25,786 nt of DNA from a virus (IMGVR_UViG_3300029288_003766:1-25786); one strand, 5' to 3'. Shown: positions 7,323 through 13,698, numbered from the stretch's first letter. The notes: a model not told the origin generated them from the sequence alone. Made by a program: numbers and translations.

Positions 7323-7382
7323 ATAAGATTGGCATTGAGATCGTGCCTATGAGGGTCTGAATAGCCCAGATCTCACCAATAT

Positions 7383-7457
7383 GACAGCGTGGCCGAGTGA
7401 TCAGGCAGACGCCTGCAAAGCGTCTTCACGGAGGTTTAAATCCTCTCGCTGTCTCCA
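7383..7457 (+). tRNA. tRNA-Cys(GCA)
   Basis: GACAGCG/CGCTGTC, GACGC-CTGCAAA-GCGTC, U73, CCA. Confidence 0.93.
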
Positions 7458-7473
7458 AAATTAAAGTATTAAA

Positions 7474-7547
7474 GGGTCCGATGCCGACTGGGTAGGCAAC
7501 TGGCTTTTAACCAGTACACAGAGCGAGTTCAATTCTCGCCGGACCCA
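7474..7547 (+). tRNA. tRNA-Lys(TTT)
   Basis: GGGTCCG/CGGACCC, ACTGG-CTTTTAA-CCAGT; A8; followed by CTA, not CCA. Confidence 0.88.
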
Positions 7548-7567
7548 CTAACTACAAGGGGTGTATA

Positions 7568-8236
7568 ATGTTTAGGAAATATGAGAAAACGTTTAGAATC
7601 GTTGTCCCAGAGATAGACGTTAGAGGGAAGTTCTTCCTTTCCAACAAAGAAGTCCAGCTATTACTAGCTGGTGATGTTATAGTAGAAGAGAAGATGGACG
7701 GGGCAAACACAGGGATCATCAGGCACAAGAGAGGATTCCATCTACAGAAACGTGGATCGCTGATGGAACAAGGAGAGCATGAGCAGTTTGGTTTCTTCTA
7801 TAACTGGGCCTATAGACAGAATTATGAGCTAGTTATGTCTATACCTATGAACCATATAGTATATGGTGAGCTACTTTACGCAACACATACCTTATATTAT
7901 GATAAACTGCCTAACTATTTCCTTGTCTTTGATGTATGGACTGGCCAGAAGTGGATGGACTATGATCAAAGAAACGAGTTCTGCACTAAATTTGGGTTTC
8001 ACCAGGTTCCTTTTATTACCAAAGGATCTTTTGGAGTATCTGATTTGTTCAGTCTGATTTCAGATAAGTCAGCTTATGGAGAAAAGTCAGAGGGGATAGT
8101 AATAAAGAGATACCGCAAAAATGAATATCTGCGTGGTAAGATTGTAAAAGCAGAGTTCATAAAGCACCTGGATGAAAATGATCATTGGATGAAATACAGT
8201 GTCAAGAGGAATAAGTTAGCAGAATTGGGTGTGTAG
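7568..8236 (+). CDS. ATP-dependent RNA ligase (nucleotidyltransferase superfamily)
   Basis: Motif I EEKMDGAN, YGELL, FLVFDV, EGIVIK, KIVKAEF; stop codon lies inside tRNA-Lys(CTT). Confidence 0.85.
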   Translation: MFRKYEKTFRIVVPEIDVRGKFFLSNKEVQLLLAGDVIVEEKMDGANTGIIRHKRGFHLQKRGSLMEQGEHEQFGFFYNWAYRQNYELVMSIPMNHIVYGELLYATHTLYYDKLPNYFLVFDVWTGQKWMDYDQRNEFCTKFGFHQVPFITKGSFGVSDLFSLISDKSAYGEKSEGIVIKRYRKNEYLRGKIVKAEFIKHLDENDHWMKYSVKRNKLAELGV

Positions 8237-8302
8237 CAAAACGGATAATGCAGCTGGCTCTTAACCAGCAGATTGGAGGTCCAAATCCTCTCACACCCAC
8301 CA
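8227..8302 (+). tRNA. tRNA-Lys(CTT)
   Basis: GGGTGTG/CACACCC, GCTGG-CTCTTAA-CCAGC, A73, CCA. Confidence 0.93.
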
Positions 8303-8303
8303 A

Positions 8304-8423
8304 GATAAGCTGGTAGACAAGGTTCAATTCCTTGCACTCATTTAAAAAAGCATTGAGCTCACAGAAGGCGCCAACCAGTGGGTGATAATGTAGTGGGGTG
8401 TAACGGTAGCACACCAGCAGTAA
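8304..8423 (+). ncRNA. Circularly permuted tRNA-like RNA (3' half precedes 5' half; YrlA-like topology)
   Basis: GCTGG(8309-8313)/CCAGC(8414-8418) closing stem; T-arm CAAGG-TTCAATT-CCTTG (8318-8334); CACTCAT/ATG(T)AGTG acceptor-like stem; D-arm GTGT-AACGGTA-GCAC (8398-8412). Confidence 0.7.
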
Positions 8424-8426
8424 TAT

Positions 8427-8501
8427 TGAGGAATCTGTCAACTGGTAGGCAACGGGCCTTTGAAGCCTGTAATGATGGATCGTACCCATCTTCCTCAACC
8501 A
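8427..8501 (+). tRNA. tRNA-Gln(TTG)
   Basis: TGAGGAA/TTCCTCA, CGGGC-CTTTGAA-GCCTG, T-loop ATCGTAC, CCA. Confidence 0.9.
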
Positions 8502-8513
8502 AATAACAAGTAT

Positions 8514-8584
8514 TGACGAGTGGTGTAGAGGACGCACGTTGCTCTCTGAAAGCAGAAGACAAGGATCGTTACCTTGCTCGTCAA
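8514..8584 (+). tRNA. tRNA-Gln(CTG)
   Basis: TGACGAG/CTCGTCA, TTGCT-CTCTGAA-AGCAG, T-loop ATCGTTA; followed by CTA. Confidence 0.9.
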
Positions 8585-8598
8585 CTAAAAGGAGTAAT

Positions 8599-9420
8599 AT
8601 GAAATATTATGGATATATCTATTTAGTAACTGACTTGTTAAACAAACATAACTTACCAAAACCTTTTTATGTAGGGCAAAGCAAAGGTAAATTTAAACCT
8701 AACTATTTTGGTAGTGGTAAATATATTAAACCTGTAGTTAGAAAGCACGACAGAAAAAACTTTAAAATTAAACTAATAAGTTGGGCTTATAGCAAGGAAG
8801 AACTAAATGAGTTAGAAATAGCTTGGATAGCTGATATAGATTGTATTTGGCCTAAAGGGTATAATTTATCAGAGGGTGGAGAAGGTGGAATTGGTATAAA
8901 ATCACATAAACTAAATTGTACTTGCCCATACTGCCAAATTGCAAGAGGAACATATCATCCTACAAGTGAGACAAAAGAGAAGCAACGTCAAGCTCATTTT
9001 AAGCATGCACTAAATTGCCAATGTATATCTTGTTTATGTGAAAGAGATGGAATCCATAAAGATAATTGTCAATGTGGTTCTTGCAAAAAGAAACGAGGAG
9101 AGCCGCGGAAATACATAATAAAAGGGGGATGTTCTGAGCATAAAGATAATTGTCAATGTGTTATTTGTTTAAATACTCGTAAGCAAAAACATGAAAGTAA
9201 TTGCAAATGTATACCCTGTAGGTATAAACGTAATGAATTGATAGTTCATAGAGATGATTGCCAATGTGCTAGTTGTGAAAGTAAACGAGGGATAGTACAT
9301 AAATCAATACATAAAAATAACTGCAATTGTTTTTGTTGTAGAAACAAACGTGGTGAACCATATAAAGGTAAGCCTAGGGGCAAGAAGAAAGAGGTGCACG
9401 ATGGAAAAGAAGCTTTTTGA
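8599..9420 (+). CDS. GIY-YIG (Seg-like) homing endonuclease with seven H-x3-C-x-C-x2-C repeats
   Basis: GYIYLVT...FYVGQS...YFGSG...LNELEIAWI...GYNLSEGGEG; start reassigned to ATG 8599 after AAGGAG. Confidence 0.8.
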   Translation: MKYYGYIYLVTDLLNKHNLPKPFYVGQSKGKFKPNYFGSGKYIKPVVRKHDRKNFKIKLISWAYSKEELNELEIAWIADIDCIWPKGYNLSEGGEGGIGIKSHKLNCTCPYCQIARGTYHPTSETKEKQRQAHFKHALNCQCISCLCERDGIHKDNCQCGSCKKKRGEPRKYIIKGGCSEHKDNCQCVICLNTRKQKHESNCKCIPCRYKRNELIVHRDDCQCASCESKRGIVHKSIHKNNCNCFCCRNKRGEPYKGKPRGKKKEVHDGKEAF

Positions 9421-10735
9421 TCTATTTACAAGTAAGGGCAAAGATCTTTATTTGGTAGGCGGTATAGTACGAGATAGAATTTTAGGAATAAGTAGCAATG
9501 ATTTAGATTTTGCTACAAATGCTTTGCCAAATGAATCACAAGAAATTCTAGAAGGAGCTGGTTATAAGGTTTATACTATCGGAGCTGCTTTTGGAACTGT
9601 AAGCATAATAGATAATGATTGTAAACTTGAGATAACTACCTATAGGAAGAATGAGAAGTATATTCGTGATAATCGTAGACCTGTGGTAGAATGGGGCAAG
9701 ACCATCGAAGATGATCTAATCCGTAGAGATTTCACTTTCAACGCTATGGCTATCGATAGGAATGATGCTTTAATTGATCCGTTCAACGGAAGATATTCTT
9801 TGGATAATAAAGTAATTGAAACTCCTATGGATGCTGAGGCAATCTTCAATGATGACCCTCTTCGCATTCTAAGGGCTGTTCGTTTCAGATCTCGTTTTGG
9901 ATTTAGTTATAGTGAGGGAGTGAAGAAGGCCTTGGCTTCTCAAGCTTACAGATTAATGTATCTTCCTAAGGAAAGGGTCTTGGATGAGTTAAATAAGATC
10001 CTTTTAGGTGATTATATTAAAGAAGCTTTAAATGATCTGCTTGAGTACAAGCTCCTAAATTATGTGATACCAGAGCTGACAGTTCTCAAGGATCTAAAGC
10101 AAGAAAGTAAGTTCCACCACAAGGATGCTTGGGAGCATACAGTCGGAGTTGTAGCTAATACACCGGCTGATTTAACTCTTCGCTGGGCAGCCTTGCTTCA
10201 TGATCTTGGCAAGCCATACACTTTTACATTTGAGAATAGTACAGTTCATTTCTACCGCCACGAGGATGTAAGTGCTATGCTCGCTCGATCAGTTGTTGAA
10301 AGACTGGGTTTACCAAGAAAGATGATTGAAGATGTTGTTTATCTTGTAAGAGAGCATATGAAGAGTAATCTTTATGGGGAGAACTGGAGTGATTCAGCAG
10401 TCCGAAGGTTTATCCGAGAAACAGATGGATATACTGACAGGCTGTTGACATTAAGCCATGCTGATATCACAAGTCACAATCCAATTACTGTGGCTAAGCA
10501 CCTTGATAGTCTCAGAGATCTAAGGAGACGAATTGAGGAGTTGAAGGCATACAAGGAAGTAAAGTGTCCTATTGGTGGAGATGTGATTATGAAATATTTT
10601 AATCTTACTACAGGTCCAGAGGTAGGCCGATTGAAGGATATCATAATGGAAGCTCTGACTAATGGGGAGCTTGAGTTAGGTCAAGAAGCAGAAGTGTATT
10701 TGAAGTATCTGGAAAACAAGATAAACGGAAAGTAG
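9401..10735 (+). CDS. cca: CCA tRNA nucleotidyltransferase with HD domain
   Basis: LVGGIVRD, DLDFAT, DLIRRDFTFNAMA, DDPLRILRAVRF, EHT...AALLHDLGKP; start ATG 9401 after GAGGTG; stop inside tRNA-Pro. Confidence 0.92.
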   Translation: MEKKLFDLFTSKGKDLYLVGGIVRDRILGISSNDLDFATNALPNESQEILEGAGYKVYTIGAAFGTVSIIDNDCKLEITTYRKNEKYIRDNRRPVVEWGKTIEDDLIRRDFTFNAMAIDRNDALIDPFNGRYSLDNKVIETPMDAEAIFNDDPLRILRAVRFRSRFGFSYSEGVKKALASQAYRLMYLPKERVLDELNKILLGDYIKEALNDLLEYKLLNYVIPELTVLKDLKQESKFHHKDAWEHTVGVVANTPADLTLRWAALLHDLGKPYTFTFENSTVHFYRHEDVSAMLARSVVERLGLPRKMIEDVVYLVREHMKSNLYGENWSDSAVRRFIRETDGYTDRLLTLSHADITSHNPITVAKHLDSLRDLRRRIEELKAYKEVKCPIGGDVIMKYFNLTTGPEVGRLKDIIMEALTNGELELGQEAEVYLKYLENKINGK

Positions 10736-10798
10736 CTCAGAAGGTAGAGCACTCGGTTTGGGGCCGAGGGGCCGAGATGGCAGAATTCTCCTTTCCGA
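10726..10798 (+). tRNA. tRNA-Pro(TGG) copy 1, degenerate T-loop
   Basis: CGGAAAG/CTTTCCG, CTCGG-TTTGGGG-CCGAG, T-loop GGCAGAA, no encoded CCA. Confidence 0.8.
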
Positions 10799-10802
10799 CA
10801 TT

Positions 10803-10887
10803 TGGGGTGTAGCTTAACGTTAGAGCAGTGCCCGTGAACTTCATAAGTTGCAGGGGCATTGACCACGGTTTAACTCCGTGCCCCCAA
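10803..10887 (+). ncRNA. tRNA-like RNA with an elongated anticodon arm tipped by a TTCATAA loop
   Basis: D-arm GCTT/GAGC, GTGCCC/GGGCAT stem extended by AAC-TTCATAA-GTT, T-arm CACGG-TTTAACT-CCGTG, acceptor with a bulge. Confidence 0.6.
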
Positions 10888-10901
10888 CTATTAATAATAA
10901 A

Positions 10902-10974
10902 CAGGGTGTAGCTCAATTGGCAGAGCGTATGGTTTGGGACCATAAGGTTGGTGGATCATTGCCACTCACCCTGA
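10902..10974 (+). tRNA. tRNA-Pro(TGG) copy 2
   Basis: CAGGGTG/CACCCTG, TATGG-TTTGGGA-CCATA, T-loop ATCATTG, no encoded CCA. Confidence 0.87.
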
Positions 10975-10978
10975 CATT

Positions 10979-11045
10979 TGGAATGTCGTCTATAAAGGAC
11001 ACAGTCGCGCGGACTGAGATGATAGTGCAAGCCTATCCATTCCAG
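10979..11045 (+). ncRNA. Compact tRNA-like RNA with a 5-nt anticodon loop
   Basis: TGGAATG/CATTCCA, GTC/GAC D-stem, CAGTC-GCGCG-GACTG, GATAG-TGCAAGC-CTATC. Confidence 0.6.
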
Positions 11046-11066
11046 CTAAATCAAAAGGAGTTTTAA

Positions 11067-11579
11067 ATGAGCCAACGAGTTTTAGTACTTAACATGGACT
11101 ATACTTTTCTTGGTATATGCGACTGGCAGAGCGCTGTTTGTGCCTGGTCCACCGGCAAGGCTGTTATAGAAGAGAGTTATGACAAAGAGATTCACTCTGC
11201 TTCTATAACAATGAAAGTACCGGCTGTTATCAGGCTTAAAAAGCTGATCCACATAGTCTACGAGCGTATTGCCTATGTCTCATATACTAAAAGGAATGTT
11301 CACCTTAGGGATAACTATACTTGTCAATACTGCGGTGTAAAGAAGCAGCCAAAGGAATTGACTATTGATCACGTTATTCCTGAGGCGCGTGGTGGACCTA
11401 CGAACTGGGAGAACTGTGTGTCTGCTTGCAGCGATTGTAACTACAAGAAAGATGATAAGACTCCTGCTGAGGTAGGTATGAAGTTAATCAGAGTTCCTCG
11501 TAAGCCACATGGATTCAAAGAAATTGTAAGAATAAAGCTAGGTGAAATTTGTAGCTTATGGGAAAAGTATCTGTATTAA
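11067..11579 (+). CDS. HNH endonuclease
   Basis: YTCQYCG...TIDHVIPEARGG...WENCVSACSDCNYKK; AAGGAG RBS. Confidence 0.9.
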   Translation: MSQRVLVLNMDYTFLGICDWQSAVCAWSTGKAVIEESYDKEIHSASITMKVPAVIRLKKLIHIVYERIAYVSYTKRNVHLRDNYTCQYCGVKKQPKELTIDHVIPEARGGPTNWENCVSACSDCNYKKDDKTPAEVGMKLIRVPRKPHGFKEIVRIKLGEICSLWEKYLY

Positions 11580-11735
11580 GTAGCATTAGGACGCGCAAGC
11601 GAAGGGTACCTAGGAATCCCTAAACTACTAGCGCCGTGCAGAGTCGCGTGAACCGCAATTTTATCTTTGGTCATTTCTGACGTATTCAGAAACTTGGAAA
11701 AAAGGTGATAGAAGCAGTCCTAGTTATATTATAAT

Positions 11736-11812
11736 GGTGCGCATACTCGAGTGATCTCAGAGAAACGGCCGTGACCCGTTTTACACCGGTTTAAATCCGG
11801 TTGCGCACCCCA
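11736..11812 (+). tRNA. tRNA-His(GTG)
   Basis: G-1:C73 8-bp acceptor GGTGCGCA/TGCGCACC, AACGG-CCGTGAC-CCGTT (C33), CCA. Confidence 0.9.
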
Positions 11813-11817
11813 AATAT

Positions 11818-11902
11818 GCGTCGTTGGTAGAGTGTTTATTACGCCAGCCTGTAGAGCTGGTGCCTTCGGGCTTCGGTGGTTAAAATCCATCACGACGCAC
11901 CA
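11818..11902 (+). tRNA. tRNA-Tyr(GTA)
   Basis: GCGTCGT/ACGACGC, CCAGC-CTGTAGA-GCTGG, V-arm, A73, CCA. Confidence 0.92.
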
Positions 11903-11911
11903 AACAATTAT

Positions 11912-11985
11912 GGGGCCATCGTCCAATGGGAGGACACCAGTCCTGCAAACTGGGAACGAGGATTCGACTTCCTCTGGCTCCACCA
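11912..11985 (+). tRNA. tRNA-Ala(TGC)
   Basis: GGGGCCA/TGGCTCC with G3-U70, CCAGT-CCTGCAA-ACTGG (C33), CCA. Confidence 0.9.
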
Positions 11986-11991
11986 AATTTA

Positions 11992-12121
11992 GGGGTGATC
12001 GTCTAACATCCATATAGTAGGTGCCGAGCGTCCGGCCGGAATTGGCTCAGGGCATTAGGGTATTGGATAAAGGACACTGCGGTTGACGCAGAGACGGTGC
12101 TTGAAGCACCTCACTCCACCA
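11992..12121 (+). ncRNA. Ala-identity tRNA-like RNA with a ~60-nt D-loop insertion and 5-nt anticodon and T loops
   Basis: GGGGTGA/TCACTCC (G3-U70), A73, CCA; GTCT/GGAC D-stem enclosing a long hairpin; CTGCG-GTTGA-CGCAG; GGTGC-TTGAA-GCACC. Confidence 0.72.
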
Positions 12122-12129
12122 AATAATAT

Positions 12130-12203
12130 GCGGGCATAGTTTAATGGTTGAACGTGGCTTTGCCAAGGCTAAGGTGAGGGTTCAATTCCCTCTGCTCGCT
12201 CCA
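12130..12203 (+). tRNA. tRNA-Gly(GCC)
   Basis: GCGGGCA/TGCTCGC, TGGCT-TTGCCAA-GGCTA, U73, CCA. Confidence 0.92.
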
Positions 12204-12219
12204 ATATTTAAGGAGATGT

Positions 12220-12555
12220 ATGAAAGATTTACAAAAGAAAGCATTGAAGGCCTTGAAAGAGGTAGCCAAGAAAGTACAATCTTCCGGTAGGCCATATTCA
12301 ATTATGAAAGATGGTAAAGTGGTAAGGGTTGTTTCACCAAAGAATAGTTATAAGTTTTTTCAGAATAAAAGTTGTCGGTTCTACCCCTGTCATAAAGGTA
12401 TAGCAAAGCGTGAATTTTCATGTAGTTTTTGTTTCTGCCCCATCTTCCCACAGAGGGAAGTTAACGCAGTTTGCTTGGTCTGTGGACCGTGCGAAAAATG
12501 CACATTCCCCCATAAGGCAAAGAACTATAAGAAGATAATAGAGATGTTGAAATGA
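12220..12555 (+). CDS. Cysteine-rich small domain (zf-like) protein
   Basis: YKFFQNKSCRFYPCHKG...FSCSFCFCPIF...CLVCGPCEKCTFPH; AAGGAG RBS. Confidence 0.7.
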   Translation: MKDLQKKALKALKEVAKKVQSSGRPYSIMKDGKVVRVVSPKNSYKFFQNKSCRFYPCHKGIAKREFSCSFCFCPIFPQREVNAVCLVCGPCEKCTFPHKAKNYKKIIEMLK

Positions 12556-12560
12556 TTATT

Positions 12561-12635
12561 GCCCGCGAAGCATAGATAGCGATGCGTCGGTTCTGTAAAC
12601 CGAGGAGTTCGGTGCATATCCGGACGTGGGCTCCA
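12561..12635 (+). tRNA. tRNA-Thr(TGT)
   Basis: GCCCGCG/CGTGGGC, TCGGT-TCTGTAA-ACCGA (C33), A8, CCA. Confidence 0.87.
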
Positions 12636-12641
12636 AATATT

Positions 12642-12715
12642 GCCCGTGTAGGCTATTGGCAGACCGCCTGTTCCGTAAACAGGAAGATAGAGTTCGACTC
12701 TCTGTGCGGGCTCCA
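12642..12715 (+). tRNA. tRNA-Thr(CGT)
   Basis: GCCCGTG/TGCGGGC, CCTGT-TCCGTAA-ACAGG (C33), CCA. Confidence 0.87.
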
Positions 12716-12733
12716 AAATTAAAAGGAGATAAA

Positions 12734-13030
12734 ATGGATCGTAAGAATCACGAAAAAGTAGATTTATTCTTTTGGGATAAAAAATATTCAGAAGTGCATC
12801 AATGGCTCGATGCCACTTTCCCTAAGTATGCCGGCAGGAATCCTTATAGGCATTGGCTTGAACGCCACCACATCAAGGCCATCAAAGAGAAGTTTGGTGA
12901 GTTTTATCTGGAGTATAACGTGGCCTATCTGCATATACTGGCCGATTATCTCAGCCATCATCAGATAGCCTTTGTCCCGGTGGATGAGAAAGAAGCTGAG
13001 GCTATGTTGAAAAGTTTGGGGGTGTTATAA
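12734..13030 (+). CDS. Hypothetical His-rich protein
   Basis: Start reassigned to ATG 12734 after AAGGAG; VHQWLD...RHWLERHH...HILAD suggests a metal-binding helical domain. Confidence 0.7.
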   Translation: MDRKNHEKVDLFFWDKKYSEVHQWLDATFPKYAGRNPYRHWLERHHIKAIKEKFGEFYLEYNVAYLHILADYLSHHQIAFVPVDEKEAEAMLKSLGVL

Positions 13031-13374
13031 TGGCTAACAAACTTTTATTTTCAGTAGGGAGAAAAGATTTCGATATTGAAACTTTTAGATCTGGTGGTAA
13101 GGGTGGTCAGAATCAGAACAAAGTTGAAAGTGGTGTTAGGATTAGACATTTAGAATCAGGTTGTGTTGCAGAATCAAGAGAAGAAAGAAGCCAAGGTCAA
13201 AATAAGCGTAAAGCATTCCTGAAACTTGTAAATAGTGATAAGTTCAGATCTTGGATCCGAATCAAGGCAGCCCAAGTAGCTCTAGTTATACCAACAAAGA
13301 AAGAGATGGAAAAGGCTGTTGAAGAAATGATGAAAGAAGAATACTTGAAGATCGAATACGCAGATAAGTTTTAA
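13030..13374 (+). CDS. Stand-alone class I release factor GGQ domain (ArfB/PrfH-like peptidyl-tRNA hydrolase)
   Basis: FRSGGKGGQNQNKVESGVRIRH...ESREERSQGQNKRKAF. Confidence 0.88.
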   Translation: MANKLLFSVGRKDFDIETFRSGGKGGQNQNKVESGVRIRHLESGCVAESREERSQGQNKRKAFLKLVNSDKFRSWIRIKAAQVALVIPTKKEMEKAVEEMMKEEYLKIEYADKF

Positions 13375-13379
13375 AATTT

Positions 13380-13455
13380 GCTGATGAAGCTCATTAGGAT
13401 GAGCGATGCCTTGGTAAGGCATAGGTAGCTGGTTCAATTCCAGTCATCAGCTCCA
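13380..13455 (+). tRNA. tRNA-Thr(GGT)
   Basis: GCTGATG/CATCAGC, ATGCC-TTGGTAA-GGCAT, A8, CCA. Confidence 0.92.
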
Positions 13456-13461
13456 AGATTT

Positions 13462-13536
13462 GCCCCTAAAGTGTTGATAGATACACGACTGCCTTCCAAG
13501 CAGTAGTAGAGACGGCGGTAGTCTCTAGGGGCTCCA
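13462..13536 (+). tRNA. tRNA-Gly(TCC), atypical T-loop
   Basis: GCCCCTA/TAGGGGC, ACTGC-CTTCCAA-GCAGT, GAGAC-GGCGGTA-GTCTC, A8, U73, CCA. Confidence 0.83.
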
Positions 13537-13542
13537 AGATAT

Positions 13543-13617
13543 GCCTCGTTAGCATAGACGGTAAGTGCGTCCGCCCGAAGAGCGGAAGAGAGGGCTCAAA
13601 AACCCTACGGGGCACCA
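13543..13617 (+). tRNA. tRNA-Phe(GAA)
   Basis: GCCTCGT/ACGGGGC, TCCGC-CCGAAGA-GCGGA (C33, G37), A73, CCA. Confidence 0.83.
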
Positions 13618-13622
13618 ACTAT

Positions 13623-13698
13623 TGGCAGATGGTATAATAGATATTACGCTCGCCTGTTAAGCGAGACGATGCTGGTTTGAGTCCAGCTCTGCCAGCCA
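13623..13698 (+). tRNA. tRNA-Asn(GTT)
   Basis: TGGCAGA/TCTGCCA, CTCGC-CTGTTAA-GCGAG, G73, CCA. Confidence 0.92.

Noticed and set aside
6026-8562. ORFs 6026-6232, 6262-6444, 6729-7076, 7863-8057, 8202-8537 and 8359-8562
   Set aside because: They overlap tRNA or rnpB genes or a better-supported CDS; shadow ORFs.
8539-12733. Long N-termini of ORFs 8539, 9350 and 12626
   Set aside because: The extensions run through tRNAs or the upstream gene; downstream ATGs (8599, 9401, 12734) have clear RBSs and match the domain starts.
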